A stretch of DNA of 60,731 nt from the UHGV virus genome UHGV-1514873; one strand, written 5' to 3'. The position numbers and the translations under genes were made by a program. The notes beneath the pieces were generated by a model. It did no database searches. It worked only from the letters and a program-made list of their open reading frames with translations, and was not told the DNA's origin. This document shows positions 11,182 through 22,449 of this stretch, piece by piece (the first letter of the stretch is position 1; each line of letters opens with the position of its first letter). The DNA comes from a virus.

Positions 11182-11874
11182 ATGTTATATGCATTTAAGC
11201 TGGGCAGAAAACTGCGCGGCGAGGAACCTTATTGCCCTGAAAAAGGCGGGAAAGGTGGCAGTTCTGATAAAAGTGCAAAGTATGCCGCAGAAGCTCAGAA
11301 GTATGCCGCAGACCTGCAAAATAAGCAGTTCAACACCATCATGAACAACCTGAAGCCGTTTACTCCTCTGGCTGATAAGTATCTCGGCAGCCTCGAGAAC
11401 TTATCGTCTCTGGAAGGGCAAGGTCAGGCGCTTAACCAGTATTACAACTCTCAGCAGTATAAAGATCTTGCTGGTCAGGCTCGCTATCAGAGTCTGGCGG
11501 CAGCGGAAGCAACAGGTGGATTGGGTTCCACCGCAACCAGTAATCAGTTAGCAACAATCGCACCAACGCTTGGTCAGCAATGGCTATCTGGACAAATGAA
11601 CAATTACAACAACCTGGCAAATATCGGTCTTGGCGCTCTTCAGGGACAGGCAAACGCCGGGCAAACATATGCCAACAACATGAGTCAGATTTCGCAGCAA
11701 AGCGCAGCACTGGCGGCGGCAAACGCCAACCGACCGTCAGCATTGCAGCAGGGTGTTAGTGGTGCTGCATCCGGTGCGCTTTTGGGTGGTGGCATAGCCA
11801 GTGCTCTCGAGCTATCAACTCCGTGGGGGGCTGGTATTGGTGCTGGTCTTGGTCTGCTTGGTTCACTGTTTTAA
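11182..11874 (+). CDS. ejection (internal virion) protein, gp7-like
   Basis: 230 aa, Q/N/G/A-rich, position as P22 gene 7. Confidence 0.6.
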   Translation: MLYAFKLGRKLRGEEPYCPEKGGKGGSSDKSAKYAAEAQKYAADLQNKQFNTIMNNLKPFTPLADKYLGSLENLSSLEGQGQALNQYYNSQQYKDLAGQARYQSLAAAEATGGLGSTATSNQLATIAPTLGQQWLSGQMNNYNNLANIGLGALQGQANAGQTYANNMSQISQQSAALAAANANRPSALQQGVSGAASGALLGGGIASALELSTPWGAGIGAGLGLLGSLF

Positions 11875-11884
11875 GGGTTAATCA

Positions 11885-13300
11885 ATGGCTACGTGGCAAC
11901 AGGGTATTAATTCTGGTGGTTTTCTGGCTGGCATTGGTACGCAAAATGAGAATGCACCAAAGGCAAGCGACATTAACGCAACGCTTGGTCTGATTCGCGA
12001 AAACAATGAACTGGCTCGATCAGGTGCAAATAACGTTGGTCTGACCGCGTTACGTGGTCTGGCTGGAGTTGCTGATATTTACAATCAGGAACAGCAACAG
12101 AAAGCGATTAGTGCGTTCAATAAGGTTCATGCTGATGCATGGGCTTCTGGTGATCCATCGGGACTATTTAAGTTTGCCCAGGAAAATCCAGCGTTTGTTG
12201 CACAGGCACAACAGGCGTTTTCCGGTCTTAATGATCAGCAACGCAACGATATGGGCGATTTAGCCATGAGGGCTAACGTAGCTCTTTCTCAGGGACCGGA
12301 AGCCTACAGTAAATTCATTACTGACAACAAGGACAGGTTAAATCGCGTTGGTGCTAATGCTGACTGGATGATTCAGACAGGTATCCAGAATCCAGAGCAG
12401 CTATCACACATGCTGACTACTATGTCTCTCGGTGCACTTGGGCCAGAAAAGGCGTTTGCTGTTCAGGACAAGATGGCTGGTCGTGAAATTGACCGAGGCA
12501 GACTGGCAGAGACAATCCGCAGCAATCAGGCTGGAGAAGCACTTCAGGCGAGAGGCCAAAACCTTTCCTATCAGTCAGCAATGACTGGGCACAATATCGC
12601 AGCACAACGTTTGGCTCTGGATCAGCAAGAGTTCGGGTTTAAGATGCAGCAAGCGCAGGAAAAGGCTCAGCAGTTGATTAGCGAAGCACCTAAGCTGTCA
12701 GTAAACATGGAAAAAGGCATCGAGACGGCTGTAAACAATGCCACAGCATCATCAAACTCAGCCAATTCTATGAGTGCGCTTGCTCAACAGTTCAGAGCAG
12801 AAAAACCAACGACAGGTTTGTTCGGTAACGCACAGAACATGTTCGCAAAACTTACCGGAAGCGATACGACATTGCGTGATTTGCGCATTCGCCAAAATGC
12901 CCTTGTTAACAGTCAGGTTCTTAAATTCCTACCTCCCGGCCCCGCAACGGATAAAGACGTTGAGATCGTTCGTCAGGGTGCACCAACTGACATGGATAAC
13001 CCTGAGACGGTCGCAAGATGGCTTGATGCTATGGCAAACCTTGAGCGACGAAACGCGCAGTTTAATGAGTTTAAAGCCGAGTGGATGAGCGCGAATGGCA
13101 ACCCTGGACAATCGCGTAATGGCGGTCAGATATTGGGGTTGGATGTTAAAAAAGGTGAATCATTGGGGAGTGCCGTTAAGCGGTATATGTCAATGAATAC
13201 TGACGCAGCGCCAGCACAAGATTCGACACCTTCAGGAGAACCACGGAATCAGGTTGGATCATATACCTCAAAATCAGGCATTCAATTTACGGTGGAATGA
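11885..13300 (+). CDS. ejection protein, gp20-like
   Basis: 471 aa, position as P22 gene 20. Confidence 0.65.
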   Translation: MATWQQGINSGGFLAGIGTQNENAPKASDINATLGLIRENNELARSGANNVGLTALRGLAGVADIYNQEQQQKAISAFNKVHADAWASGDPSGLFKFAQENPAFVAQAQQAFSGLNDQQRNDMGDLAMRANVALSQGPEAYSKFITDNKDRLNRVGANADWMIQTGIQNPEQLSHMLTTMSLGALGPEKAFAVQDKMAGREIDRGRLAETIRSNQAGEALQARGQNLSYQSAMTGHNIAAQRLALDQQEFGFKMQQAQEKAQQLISEAPKLSVNMEKGIETAVNNATASSNSANSMSALAQQFRAEKPTTGLFGNAQNMFAKLTGSDTTLRDLRIRQNALVNSQVLKFLPPGPATDKDVEIVRQGAPTDMDNPETVARWLDAMANLERRNAQFNEFKAEWMSANGNPGQSRNGGQILGLDVKKGESLGSAVKRYMSMNTDAAPAQDSTPSGEPRNQVGSYTSKSGIQFTVE

Positions 13301-15138
13301 TGAAAGTAACTGCAAACGGTAAGACATTTACCTTTCCTGATGGTACGAGCACCGAAGATATTGGCACCGCCATTGATGAGTATTTTGCTGGTCAGGCTGT
13401 TCAGCAACAAACAGCTAATCAGGCCAATAATGCACCAACACGGGAAGAACCATCATTGATGCAACAAGCTGGCGATTGGCTTACTGGTAGTCAAAGTGCA
13501 GGGCAAATTGCAGAACAGGCTGGTCGTGGTCTGGTAAACATACCATTTGACGTATTGCAGGGCGGCGCAAGTCTGATTAATGCAATCAGTCAGGGGCTTG
13601 GTGGACCCAAGGTTTTGGATGATGTTTATCGTCCAGTAGACAGACCGACAGACCCCTACGCGCAAGCCGGTGAAACAATTGGTGGGTATTTAGTTCCAGG
13701 AGTTGGAACAGCAGGAAGCATGGCTATTGGATCACTGGCAGAGGCAGCAAATCAGAAAGGCGATTTCGCACAAAATGCAGCTAAAAATGCCGGAGTTAAC
13801 CTTGCCGCTCAGGGTGTTCTTTCCGCAGCAGCAAAGGGAATAGGGCGTGGAATAACGGCTATAAAAGGTGATATTGCGCCAGAAGTGGCGAAGAAAATTG
13901 CCACATCAGAATCTATGGGCGTGACACCAATGACATCTGATGTTATCCCGCCGAAAAATGCTTTCACTCGCGGCCTTACTCAGGATGCCGAGGGGGCTTT
14001 GCTCGGGACAGGCTCAAAGCGAGCGGAGCAATATGCAACGCGTAGTAAGCTGGTAAGCAATTATTTTGACCGTTTTGGTGAGTACAACCCTGATGACGTG
14101 GTGAAATCTCTGACCACCACGTTAAGGGGGCGGAAGGATGCCGCTGGCGCTGTTATCAATGACGTCACCAATAAAATGGGTAATGCCGCAGTTGATACCA
14201 CAAATACCATGAATGCTCTGAATACAGCGATCGCAAGACAGGAACGGCTTGGGACGTCTGCCAATCAAAGCCTGCTTACATCCTTGCGTAACCTACGTGA
14301 AGAATTAGCAGACCCTGCAACTGATTTGGATGTTACGTTTGATCTCTTGCGTCAGCACAGAACAGCATTTAGATCTAATGTTCAGGGAGATGCTATGGTC
14401 TTCCCCAACCAGGCAAAAGCAGCTACCAATATGGTAGAGAATGCAATGTCAAAAGACCTTCGTAACGCAGTTGCTAAAAACCTCGGTGCATCAGACGCAG
14501 CAAAATACCTTAAAGCAAATTCCGATTATGCAAACGTTTATAATAAGGTGCTTAATAAAAACATTGCTAACAAGCTCAACAAGGCAAGCAGTGAAGCCAG
14601 TCCTGAACTTATAAATACCGTTGTATTAAGCAGAAAACCATCTGACGTGAAACGAATCTGGAGCGCATTGGATGATAAAGGGAAAGATGCTATGCGTGCA
14701 GCTTACGTCAGCAAAATAGCGGAAAAGGCTGGTGACTCTCCAGCCAAGTTCATCACTGAAGTTAATAAGCTGAAATCTCAGTCAGGCGGTGAAATTTACA
14801 ACACTATTTTTTCTGGAAAGCACATGAAAGAGCTTGATGCTCTTCATGAAGTTCTACAGCAAACAGCAAGGTCAGACACCGCAAATGTAGTAACTCAGAC
14901 GGGGCAATCGCAAGCCAACAGGATAAGGACGATTGGCGCAACTGCGACTCTTGGCGTATCAATGGGGCTTGAGGCTGGTTTCGGTGCAATGATGCGCTTG
15001 TATGAGTCCAAAGCAGCAAGGAATGCTCTCTTACGTTTGGCAAACACCAAAGCAGGAACGCCAGCCTATGAAAGAGCGTTGAGTAACGCTGCAAATGCCA
15101 TCAGGCCGCTGCTTGCTACTGAGGCAACACAGCAGTAA
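13297..15138 (+). CDS. ejection protein, gp16-like
   Basis: 613 aa, position as P22 gene 16. Confidence 0.65.
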   Translation: MMKVTANGKTFTFPDGTSTEDIGTAIDEYFAGQAVQQQTANQANNAPTREEPSLMQQAGDWLTGSQSAGQIAEQAGRGLVNIPFDVLQGGASLINAISQGLGGPKVLDDVYRPVDRPTDPYAQAGETIGGYLVPGVGTAGSMAIGSLAEAANQKGDFAQNAAKNAGVNLAAQGVLSAAAKGIGRGITAIKGDIAPEVAKKIATSESMGVTPMTSDVIPPKNAFTRGLTQDAEGALLGTGSKRAEQYATRSKLVSNYFDRFGEYNPDDVVKSLTTTLRGRKDAAGAVINDVTNKMGNAAVDTTNTMNALNTAIARQERLGTSANQSLLTSLRNLREELADPATDLDVTFDLLRQHRTAFRSNVQGDAMVFPNQAKAATNMVENAMSKDLRNAVAKNLGASDAAKYLKANSDYANVYNKVLNKNIANKLNKASSEASPELINTVVLSRKPSDVKRIWSALDDKGKDAMRAAYVSKIAEKAGDSPAKFITEVNKLKSQSGGEIYNTIFSGKHMKELDALHEVLQQTARSDTANVVTQTGQSQANRIRTIGATATLGVSMGLEAGFGAMMRLYESKAARNALLRLANTKAGTPAYERALSNAANAIRPLLATEATQQ

Positions 15139-15162
15139 CGTATGGGGAATGGGATTCAATCG

Positions 15163-15552
15163 TTAACATTTTCTTTTTACTTTTCCAACAAAAGCTTTGG
15201 TTGAATCCATATTCCCATAACCAGAAATGGTTTTCGACATTAAAACTGTTCCATTAGGATGTATTACCCATGAGTCGATAACTCGTTGAGTTTCGCCATT
15301 CGCGCCGATTCCAATGATGGAGTTTTTAGACAATGCTTTGTAAGCCATGCCGCCCGCATCCGTCCCAGAATATGTGATACTGGCATCTTCACCGTTTGTC
15401 TTAATGATGAATGTTCCACTAAAACCATCTTCTTCCGGTTGAAAATTATTTCGTTCTGAATAGCTTATTCCGTGCATATCGCCAACGACCCAGCACTCTG
15501 CTGTAGCCCCAAAAGATATGAATAAGAACATAGCAGCAAGAACTTTCTTCAC
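15163..15552 (-). CDS. secreted periplasmic protein of unknown function (moron)
   Basis: Signal peptide MKKVLAAMFLFISFGATA; occupies sieA position after gene 16. Confidence 0.55.
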   Translation of the reverse strand: MKKVLAAMFLFISFGATAECWVVGDMHGISYSERNNFQPEEDGFSGTFIIKTNGEDASITYSGTDAGGMAYKALSKNSIIGIGANGETQRVIDSWVIHPNGTVLMSKTISGYGNMDSTKAFVGKVKRKC

Positions 15553-15657
15553 ACCAACCTCCTTAGTTTTGAGCAGGATACCATGAAAAAAGTAAACATC
15601 TTTTGCCTACTTCACATTTGAATGTTTTGTCATTAGGATGTTTCCGGTTTTTTAAAT

Positions 15658-16089
15658 ATGGAAATTGATATGAAGAGGATTATTAGCGTCGTTGCTGGCG
15701 CTATCATGTTATCTGGGTGCGCAACTATTGTTGGTGATGAAACGCAACTTGTGCAAGTGAACAGCAATCCTTCCGGTGCGAGCTTTAAGGTAAAAGACGA
15801 ATCAGGCGTGATTGTTGCGCAAGGTAAGACCCCGCAAGGAGTAACTCTTGCCAAGTCAGATGGTAGTTATTTTGGCAAAAAGAGCTACCAGATCACTATG
15901 GAGAAGGATGGGTACGAACCAGTTACCCTGCCAATCAAAGCCAATGCTAATGGTTGGTATATTGGTGGAAACCTTGTGTTTGGTGGGTTAATTGGTTGGC
16001 TTGCTGTAGATCCATTTAATGGTGGGATGTATACCTTGAAGCCTAAAGAGGCAAATGCATCCCTTATACCGTCCACAAAGCACGACTAA
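15658..16089 (+). CDS. lipoprotein with PEGA-like domain (moron)
   Basis: Lipobox IMLSGC; PEGA-like segment; alternative start 15670 (MKRIIS); divergent from 15163-15552. Confidence 0.6.
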   Translation: MEIDMKRIISVVAGAIMLSGCATIVGDETQLVQVNSNPSGASFKVKDESGVIVAQGKTPQGVTLAKSDGSYFGKKSYQITMEKDGYEPVTLPIKANANGWYIGGNLVFGGLIGWLAVDPFNGGMYTLKPKEANASLIPSTKHD

Positions 16090-16095
16090 TAAATG

Positions 16096-16120
16096 GAACC
16101 CACCATCAGGTGGGTTTTTT
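16096..16120 (+). terminator. terminator after lipoprotein gene, overlapping 3' end of mnt
   Basis: aacccacc/atca/ggtgggtt hairpin followed by TTTTTT. Confidence 0.6.
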
Positions 16121-16357
16121 GTACAAATCCTTCAGCGTATCAAACACCATCTTCTTAACAAGTTCGGACTGCTCATCAGCGATGCGTTCCGCATCGTCTC
16201 GATAGCCTGAAATTTTGGATGGCTTTGATACAGCATCAGTCACTATCTGAACTAATTCTGAATTAAGAGAGCGGCCATTGGATTTGGCTCGCTGTTTTAG
16301 TTTTTCCTTTAATTCGTAAGGTAGCCGCAGATTAAATTGCGGGTCATCTCTTCCCAT
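16106..16357 (-). CDS. mnt: Mnt repressor (ribbon-helix-helix)
   Basis: 83 aa, near-identical to P22 Mnt as recalled (MGRDDPQFNLRLPYELKEKLKQRAKSNGRSLNSELVQIV...KKMVFDTLKDLYKK). Confidence 0.9.
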   Translation of the reverse strand: MGRDDPQFNLRLPYELKEKLKQRAKSNGRSLNSELVQIVTDAVSKPSKISGYRDDAERIADEQSELVKKMVFDTLKDLYKKPT

Positions 16358-16420
16358 TCTTGATGCCTCGCTTTTGTGAGTGGATCGGCATCTTATTATC
16401 TGCTGGTTGCATCCTCAATA

Positions 16421-16435
16421 AGACCACAGTGGTCT
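16421..16435. promoter_or_regulatory. Mnt operator-like palindrome
   Basis: agaccacAgtggtct perfect inverted repeat, analogous to P22 Omnt, between mnt and tailspike. Confidence 0.5.
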
Positions 16436-16503
16436 CTTTGTTTGATTAATAATACATCACTGTGGCAATGCTGCGGCGATTCCTTGTATCTGGAGCAAAT
16501 TAA

Positions 16504-19449
16504 ATGACAGACATTACAGCCAATGTTGTAGTGAGTATGCCTTCGCAACTCTTCACTATGGCGCGTTCTTTTAAAGCCGTAGCCAATGGCAAAATTTATA
16601 TCGGTAAAATTGACACTGACCCGGTAAATCCTGAAAACCAGATTCAGGTTTATGTAGAGAACGAAGACGGTTCTCACATTCCTGTTTCGCAACCAATAAT
16701 CATTAACGCTGCTGGATATCCGGTATATAACGGACAGATTGCCAAATTCGTAACCGTGCAAGGCCATTCTATGGCTGTTTATGATGCGTATGGTACACAG
16801 CAGTTCTATTTTCCGAATGTGCTGAAGTATGATCCTGATCAGTTACGACAGCAATTAGAAGACCCAGATGGAGCGAATAAATACCCAAAACTTCAGATAG
16901 CAAGATGGAGAGACAGTTATGATGTAAGAGGTTGGGGGGCTATTGGTGATGGTGTTCATGATGATACATCAGCTCTATCAGAATTACTTTCTGTTGCAAC
17001 AGGTGGTGAAAAGATAGATGGGCGAGGGCTTACTTTTAAAGTATCAACTCTTCCAGATGTCAGTCGATTTAAAAATGCTCGTTTTTTATTTGAGAGAATA
17101 CCGGGTCAGCCTCTTTTTTATGCTTCTGAAGATTTTATCCAAGGAGAGTTATTTAAAATTACAGATACACCGTGGTACAACGCCTGGACGCAGGATAAAA
17201 CGTTTGTATATGACAATGTCATCTATGCGCCTTTTATGGCTGGAGACCGCCATGGTGTAAATAACCTCCATGTTGCATGGGTTCGCTCAGGAGATGACGG
17301 GAAGACCTGGACAACGCCGGAATGGCTTACAGATTTACATGAAAACTATCCCACAGTTAACTATCACTGCATGAGTATGGGGGTTGTCAGAAATCGCCTT
17401 TTTGCTGTAATTGAGACGCGGACCGTGAGCGGAAATAAACTGCAGGTTGCAGAGTTGTGGGATCGCCCAATGAGTCGCAGCCTTCGCGTTTATGGTGGTA
17501 TAACGAAAGCAGCAAATCAGCAAGTCGCTTATATTCGCATTACTGATCACGGATTATTTGCTGGTGATTTTGTCAACTTCTCAAACTCTGGTGTTACAGG
17601 TGTTACCGGGAATATGACGGTGACTACTGTCATTGATAAAAATACTTTTACAGTTACGACGCAAAATACCCAGGATGTGGATCAGAATAACGAGGGTAGA
17701 TACTGGAGTTTTGGTACATCATTTCACTCGTCACCATGGAGAAAAACCAGTCTTGGAACTATTCCTTCTTTTGTTGACGGAAGCACTCCTGTTACTGAGA
17801 TTCACAGTTTTGCGACGATTAGCGATAACAGTTTTGCTGTTGGCTACCATAATGGTGATATTGATCCACGCGAGCTTGGGATACTCTATTTCTCTGATGC
17901 TTTCGGTTCTCCTGGTAGCTTTGTTCGCAGACGCATACCTGTAGAATATGAGGCGAATGCATCTGAGCCATGTGTAAAATATTATGATGGCATTCTGTAT
18001 CTGACGACCAGGGGGACATTAAGTACTCAACCCGGTAGTTCATTGCACAGAAGCTCTGATTTAGGTACATCATGGAATTCTCTTCGCTTCCCAAATAATG
18101 TTCATCACTCAAACCTTCCTTTTGCCAAAGTTGGCGATGAGCTGATTATTTTTGGCAGTGAGCGCGCATTTGGTGAGTGGGAAGGAGGAGAACCTGATAA
18201 CCGTTATGCAGGAAATTATCCAAGAACATTTATGACCAGAGTTAACGTCAATGAGTGGAGTCTGGATAATGTAGAGTGGGTTAATGTTACTGATCAGATT
18301 TATCAGGGCGGAATAGTTAACTCTGCGGTTGGTGTTGGTTCAGTTTGTATCAAAGACAACTGGCTGTACTACATTTTCGGTGGGGAAGACTTTCTAAACC
18401 CATGGAGCATAGGGGATAACAACAGAAAATATCCTTATGTTCACGATGGTCACCCGGCTGATTTGTATTGTTTCAGGGTGAAAATTAAACAGGAAGAATT
18501 TGTTTCAAGGGATTTTGTCTACGGAGCCACTCCTAACAGAACGCTTCCTACTTTTATGTCGACGTCAGGCGTGAGGACGGTTCCTGTACCCGTTGATTTC
18601 ACAGATGATGTTGCCGTCCAGTCACTGACTGTCCATGCCGGTACATCAGGACAAGTTCGCGCGGAAGTCAAACTTGAGGGTAATTACGCCATTATTGCGA
18701 AGAAAGTACCGTCTGATGATGTTACCGCTCAGAGATTAATCGTTAGCGGCGGTGAAACAACGTCTTCAGCAGATGGCGCAATGATAACGTTGCATGGTTC
18801 CGGAAGCAGTACTCCACGTCGCGCGGTATATAACGCACTCGAACATCTTTTTGAGAACGGAGATGTTAAACCTTATCTTGATAATGTAAATGCTCTTGGT
18901 GGTCCGGGAAACAGGTTCTCGACAGTTTATCTTGGCTCCAATCCTGTGGTTACCAGTGACGGAACATTAAAGACAGAGGCGGTCTCTCCTGACGAAGCAT
19001 TGCTGGATGCCTGGGGTGACGTCAGGTATATCGCTTATAAATGGCTGAACGCTGTCGCTATAAAGGGGGAAGAAGGGGCGAGGATACATCATGGTGTAAT
19101 CGCGCAGCAACTTCGTGATGTTCTTATTTCTCACGGACTCATGGAAGAAGAAAGCACAACATGCCGCTATGCCTTTCTTTGCTATGACGATTATCCCGCA
19201 GTATATGATGACGTCATTACTGGCCAAAGGGAAATACCGCTGACTGATAATGACGGGAGCATCATTGTTGATGAGGATGATAATCCAGTGATGGTAATGG
19301 AAGACATCATTGAGCGCGTTGAAATAACGCCAGCAGGATCTAGATGGGGGGTCAGACCTGATCTCTTATTCTATATCGAGGCGGCATGGCAGCGCAGAGA
19401 AATAGAAAGAATAAAAGCTAGGTTAGACTTAATAGAAGGGAAGCACTAA
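16504..19449 (+). CDS. tailspike: P22 gp9-type head-binding domain + sialidase (endosialidase-like) domain + C-terminal chaperone-like domain
   Basis: N-terminal ~120 aa match P22 tailspike ([11 protein letters not shown]...[22 protein letters not shown]); two Asp-box motifs SGDDGKTW and SSDLGTSW; 981 aa. Confidence 0.85.
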   Translation: MTDITANVVVSMPSQLFTMARSFKAVANGKIYIGKIDTDPVNPENQIQVYVENEDGSHIPVSQPIIINAAGYPVYNGQIAKFVTVQGHSMAVYDAYGTQQFYFPNVLKYDPDQLRQQLEDPDGANKYPKLQIARWRDSYDVRGWGAIGDGVHDDTSALSELLSVATGGEKIDGRGLTFKVSTLPDVSRFKNARFLFERIPGQPLFYASEDFIQGELFKITDTPWYNAWTQDKTFVYDNVIYAPFMAGDRHGVNNLHVAWVRSGDDGKTWTTPEWLTDLHENYPTVNYHCMSMGVVRNRLFAVIETRTVSGNKLQVAELWDRPMSRSLRVYGGITKAANQQVAYIRITDHGLFAGDFVNFSNSGVTGVTGNMTVTTVIDKNTFTVTTQNTQDVDQNNEGRYWSFGTSFHSSPWRKTSLGTIPSFVDGSTPVTEIHSFATISDNSFAVGYHNGDIDPRELGILYFSDAFGSPGSFVRRRIPVEYEANASEPCVKYYDGILYLTTRGTLSTQPGSSLHRSSDLGTSWNSLRFPNNVHHSNLPFAKVGDELIIFGSERAFGEWEGGEPDNRYAGNYPRTFMTRVNVNEWSLDNVEWVNVTDQIYQGGIVNSAVGVGSVCIKDNWLYYIFGGEDFLNPWSIGDNNRKYPYVHDGHPADLYCFRVKIKQEEFVSRDFVYGATPNRTLPTFMSTSGVRTVPVPVDFTDDVAVQSLTVHAGTSGQVRAEVKLEGNYAIIAKKVPSDDVTAQRLIVSGGETTSSADGAMITLHGSGSSTPRRAVYNALEHLFENGDVKPYLDNVNALGGPGNRFSTVYLGSNPVVTSDGTLKTEAVSPDEALLDAWGDVRYIAYKWLNAVAIKGEEGARIHHGVIAQQLRDVLISHGLMEEESTTCRYAFLCYDDYPAVYDDVITGQREIPLTDNDGSIIVDEDDNPVMVMEDIIERVEITPAGSRWGVRPDLLFYIEAAWQRREIERIKARLDLIEGKH

Positions 19450-19602
19450 ATGTTTCGTTGGCGTCAAAAATATGAACTGCTCACATAAAGAAGTAAGTAC
19501 ATTGGCAAAAAACATTGACGTCAACGAAATTAAATATAAAAATTTAAATGCTTTTTAATGACAAGAAAAGTAACTAGTGGTAAAATAACGTAGGATACTA
19601 AT

Positions 19603-20316
19603 ATGTCAAGACTCAAGACTCAAGACTCAAGACTCAAGACTCAAGACTCAAGACTCAAGACTCAAGACTCGTTTTCCGTTGATGATAATGGGTCAGGTAA
19701 TATTTTTGTATGTGGAGATCTTGTAAATAGCAAAGAGAATAAAGTTCAGTTCAATGGAAACAATAACAAACTTATTATAGAAGATGATGTTGAGTGTCGA
19801 TGGCTTACCGTAATATTTAGGGGTGATAATAATTACGTAAGAATACATAAAAACAGTAAGATTAAAGGTGATATTGTCGCAACAAAAGGTTCAAAAGTTA
19901 TTATCGGTAGAAGAACGACAATAGGTGCAGGTTTTGAAGTCGTCACTGATAAGTGCAATGTTACAATTGGCCATGACTGCATGATAGCAAGAGATGTTAT
20001 TTTGCGTGCATCAGATGGGCATCCTATATTTGATATTCATAGCAAAAAAAGGATTAATTGGGCAAAAGATATCATTATATCTAGTTACGTATGGGTAGGG
20101 AGAAATGTCTCTATAATGAAAGGGGTATCTGTTGGAAGCGGATCTGTCATTGGGTATGGGAGTATTGTAACTAAAGATGTGCCATCTATGTGTGCAGCAG
20201 CCGGTAATCCAGCAAAAATAATAAAAAGAAATATAATATGGGCAAGAACGGATAAAGCGGAGCTAATTAGTGATGACAAGAGATGCTCCAGCTATCATGC
20301 GAAGCTCACGCAATAA
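19603..20316 (+). CDS. neuO: phase-variable polysialic acid O-acetyltransferase NeuO-like (hexapeptide-repeat acyltransferase)
   Basis: ATG followed by 9 x AAGACTC (3 x RLKTQDS) then left-handed beta-helix acyltransferase body. Confidence 0.85.
   Translation: MSRLKTQDSRLKTQDSRLKTQDSFSVDDNGSGNIFVCGDLVNSKENKVQFNGNNNKLIIEDDVECRWLTVIFRGDNNYVRIHKNSKIKGDIVATKGSKVIIGRRTTIGAGFEVVTDKCNVTIGHDCMIARDVILRASDGHPIFDIHSKKRINWAKDIIISSYVWVGRNVSIMKGVSVGSGSVIGYGSIVTKDVPSMCAAAGNPAKIIKRNIIWARTDKAELISDDKRCSSYHAKLTQ
19608..19670 (+). repeat. 9 tandem copies of heptanucleotide AAGACTC inside 5' end of neuO
   Basis: Counted directly: 63 nt = 9 perfect units. Confidence 0.95.
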
Positions 20317-20693
20317 ATATAAAACATCATGCAGACATATTACCAATATTAATATAAGGTAATAAAAATATAATTTACAAAAAAGCCCGTTGGAAGCGAC
20401 GGGCATTAACCGCGGTAATGGATAAATTATTAATGTTTTTAGATTGTGAACGATATCATATTGTGCGGAAGTAGTGAAGTAACCATGTAAAATGATTGTT
20501 TCATAGCCTATGAGACACACAAGGCTTTGTGCTCTTCTGTGGATGTGTGGCTACATGTTTGAAGATCGTTGTGCCGTATTTGTGACATACACATGGCAAC
20601 ATCATGCCTCAACTTTCTGTTTGTGCCATCAACTATAGATTAGTGAATGCGGTTAATGCTTGCTAAAACAGATAGTTATGATTGGTGCTACAG

Positions 20694-20741
20694 ATTCGTA
20701 ATGCGAAGGTCGTAGGTTCGACTCCTATTATCGGCACCATT
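20694..20741 (+). repeat. att core: 3' 48 nt of tRNA-Thr (thrW-like), copy 1
   Basis: attcgtaatgcgaaggtcgtaggttcgactcctattatcggcaccatt; 5' half of tRNA absent; identical copy at 60193-60240. Confidence 0.85.
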
Positions 20742-20753
20742 TAAATCAATAAG

Positions 20754-21917
20754 TTACACATCATTAGTACCTTCCTTATTTTTTGACTGGGACAAATTTG
20801 GGACCGATGGGTTCAGGATCGAGTCTATTTGCCGTGCGTGTTCGGTAAGGTGATTAGGTGCAAGGTGAGCATATCGACGAACCATTTCGATAGACTCCCA
20901 GCCTCCCATTTCCTGTAACACTGACAACGGGACTCCGGCTTGAACCAGCCAACTTGCCCAGGTGTGTCTCAAGTCGTGAAATCTGAAATCATCAATACCA
21001 GCCCGTCTCAGCGCCGCTTTCCAGGCTGTGTTTGCGTCATACCGCATCTTCCTTACTGTTGGCGCTTTCGTTCCGTCTGGTTTGGTACAGCTTTCCTTGT
21101 ACACAAATACCCAACGGTGATGATTCCCGATTTGTTTTTTCAATACGCGACATGCAGTATCATTCAGCGCAACGCCAATTGCGCGGTTTGATTTACTCTC
21201 TTCCGGGTTTATCCATGCCACCCGGCGCTGCATATCTATTTGTTGCCATTCAAGGTTGATGATGTTCGAGCGTCTTAAGCCTGTTGCCAGTGCAAATTCA
21301 ACAACAGACTTTAATGGCTCCGGACATTCATCAATCAGCCTTTGTGCTTCATGGGGCTCCAGCCAGCGGATCCGTTTATTCTTTGGTTGAGGCACTTTAA
21401 TAATTGGTGCCTTATCCAGCATTTTCCATTCACGCTCTGCGGCTCTTAGTAGGGCCTTTATAAATGAAAGATGCGTAGCCTTCGTTGCAACGGACGCTGG
21501 TTTTGGCGTGTATTCTGGAACAGGTTTCCCTTTTTTTCTGCATGCTTCTGCCCTGAGTTTCCAGTTTTCCTCATGACGCCGGTTCGTCATTTTCTGCATT
21601 GCTGAATAAATTTTTGATTCAGTAATGTCTCTTAGTTGCATTCCTGCGAAATGTTGAAGCCAGAATCCGATCCGGCTTTTGTCATCGTCCAGTGATTTTT
21701 TATGTGCTTTCTCTTCAAGCCACCTGACACACGCTTCCTCGAACGTTATATCAGGTATTTCACCAAGTTTGCTGACCCGCCATGCTTCAGCCTTTAGCTT
21801 GTCATGGAGTTCTGTCGCCTGCCTTTTGTCCTTTGTTCCAAGAGACTGTTTAAATCTTTTACCGTTCGGCAATGTGAAACTGGCGTACCATATTTCACCT
21901 CTGCGGAAGAGTGACAT
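20754..21917 (-). CDS. int: tyrosine integrase, P22 Int-like
   Basis: 387 aa, near-identical to P22 integrase as recalled ([46 protein letters not shown]...). Confidence 0.95.
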   Translation of the reverse strand: MSLFRRGEIWYASFTLPNGKRFKQSLGTKDKRQATELHDKLKAEAWRVSKLGEIPDITFEEACVRWLEEKAHKKSLDDDKSRIGFWLQHFAGMQLRDITESKIYSAMQKMTNRRHEENWKLRAEACRKKGKPVPEYTPKPASVATKATHLSFIKALLRAAEREWKMLDKAPIIKVPQPKNKRIRWLEPHEAQRLIDECPEPLKSVVEFALATGLRRSNIINLEWQQIDMQRRVAWINPEESKSNRAIGVALNDTACRVLKKQIGNHHRWVFVYKESCTKPDGTKAPTVRKMRYDANTAWKAALRRAGIDDFRFHDLRHTWASWLVQAGVPLSVLQEMGGWESIEMVRRYAHLAPNHLTEHARQIDSILNPSVPNLSQSKNKEGTNDV

Positions 21918-22144
21918 TTTCTTTCCTCTGTTATGCCATCACCCGCGCTCACCTGGACAGTATGCAGCGGAGACTGAAGAGCCGCAATGCAGGCTTGTCG
22001 TGTTGTGAGGTAAGGAGATTTATTCTTAGTGGGATCTTTGCGTGTTGCCTGAAGACGCCCTGTGCGTATCCAGTTAATGGCAGTCGGTCTGGATATCTTG
22101 AGAAAATGACAGGCCTCATCGAGTGTGAGGCTGTATGGCTCCAT
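21794..22144 (-). CDS. xis: excisionase, P22 Xis-like
   Basis: [38 protein letters not shown]... matches P22 Xis; internal ATG at 22144 chosen over the longer ORF. Confidence 0.85.
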   Translation of the reverse strand: MEPYSLTLDEACHFLKISRPTAINWIRTGRLQATRKDPTKNKSPYLTTRQACIAALQSPLHTVQVSAGDGITEERKCHSSAEVKYGTPVSHCRTVKDLNSLLEQRTKGRRQNSMTS

Positions 22145-22449
22145 TATTTCACCTCTTGCTGTGACATTGTTGAGAAATGGATACCAGCTCGTTGCTGCCA
22201 GACGATCCAACCGAGAGTCATATCCCATGCCATGTATTCGTTATCGCCGTTTTTTGCTCTCCGACGATCTACTAAGTCACCAAAACGCTTTTCCATGAAT
22301 AATTCATAAGCTTCGCGTTCATCTGGTTCTACTTCCAGAGATAGGAGTGCGATTTCATAAGCACGGCGCTCAATATCGTCTCGCACGTCAAGGCTGCTGA
22401 TACGCTCTTTAATTTCTTTAATCAGTTCTTTGTCGGTAAAAGTGGTCAT
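22144..22449 (-). CDS. hypothetical early protein
   Basis: 101-aa ORF translationally coupled to neighbours. Confidence 0.5.
   Translation of the reverse strand: MTTFTDKELIKEIKERISSLDVRDDIERRAYEIALLSLEVEPDEREAYELFMEKRFGDLVDRRRAKNGDNEYMAWDMTLGWIVWQQRAGIHFSTMSQQEVK

Larger units (their letters stand above)
1..20741 (+). mobile_element. P22-like podovirus prophage, right arm only (left end outside window), CUS-3-like
   Basis: Gene order Rz - terminase - portal - scaffold - coat - gp4 - gp10 - gp26 - gp14/7/20/16 - mnt - tailspike - conversion gene - att mirrors P22; ends at thrW-derived 48-bp core. Confidence 0.8.

Noticed and set aside
19608-19670. Tandem repeat array considered as a possible CRISPR or minisatellite
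   Set aside because: Unit is 7 nt, perfectly tandem with no spacers, and lies in-frame inside a coding sequence; it is a contingency-locus repeat, not CRISPR.
20263-20520. 85-aa minus-strand ORF between neuO and att
   Set aside because: Overlaps the neuO 3' end antisense and is dominated by hydrophobic low-complexity sequence from AT-rich DNA; no RBS.
20694-20741. Possible intact tRNA-Thr gene (and its twin at 60193-60240)
   Set aside because: Only the 3' ~48 nt from the anticodon loop to the acceptor end are present; upstream sequence does not form the D-arm or acceptor 5' strand. These are att-core duplications.
1-20741. Calling the P22-like element CUS-3 itself
   Set aside because: Tailspike and neuO match the CUS-3 description, but the right junction carries a thrW-type core whereas CUS-3 is, to my recollection, reported at argW; the left end and integrase are outside the window. 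Called CUS-3-like only.
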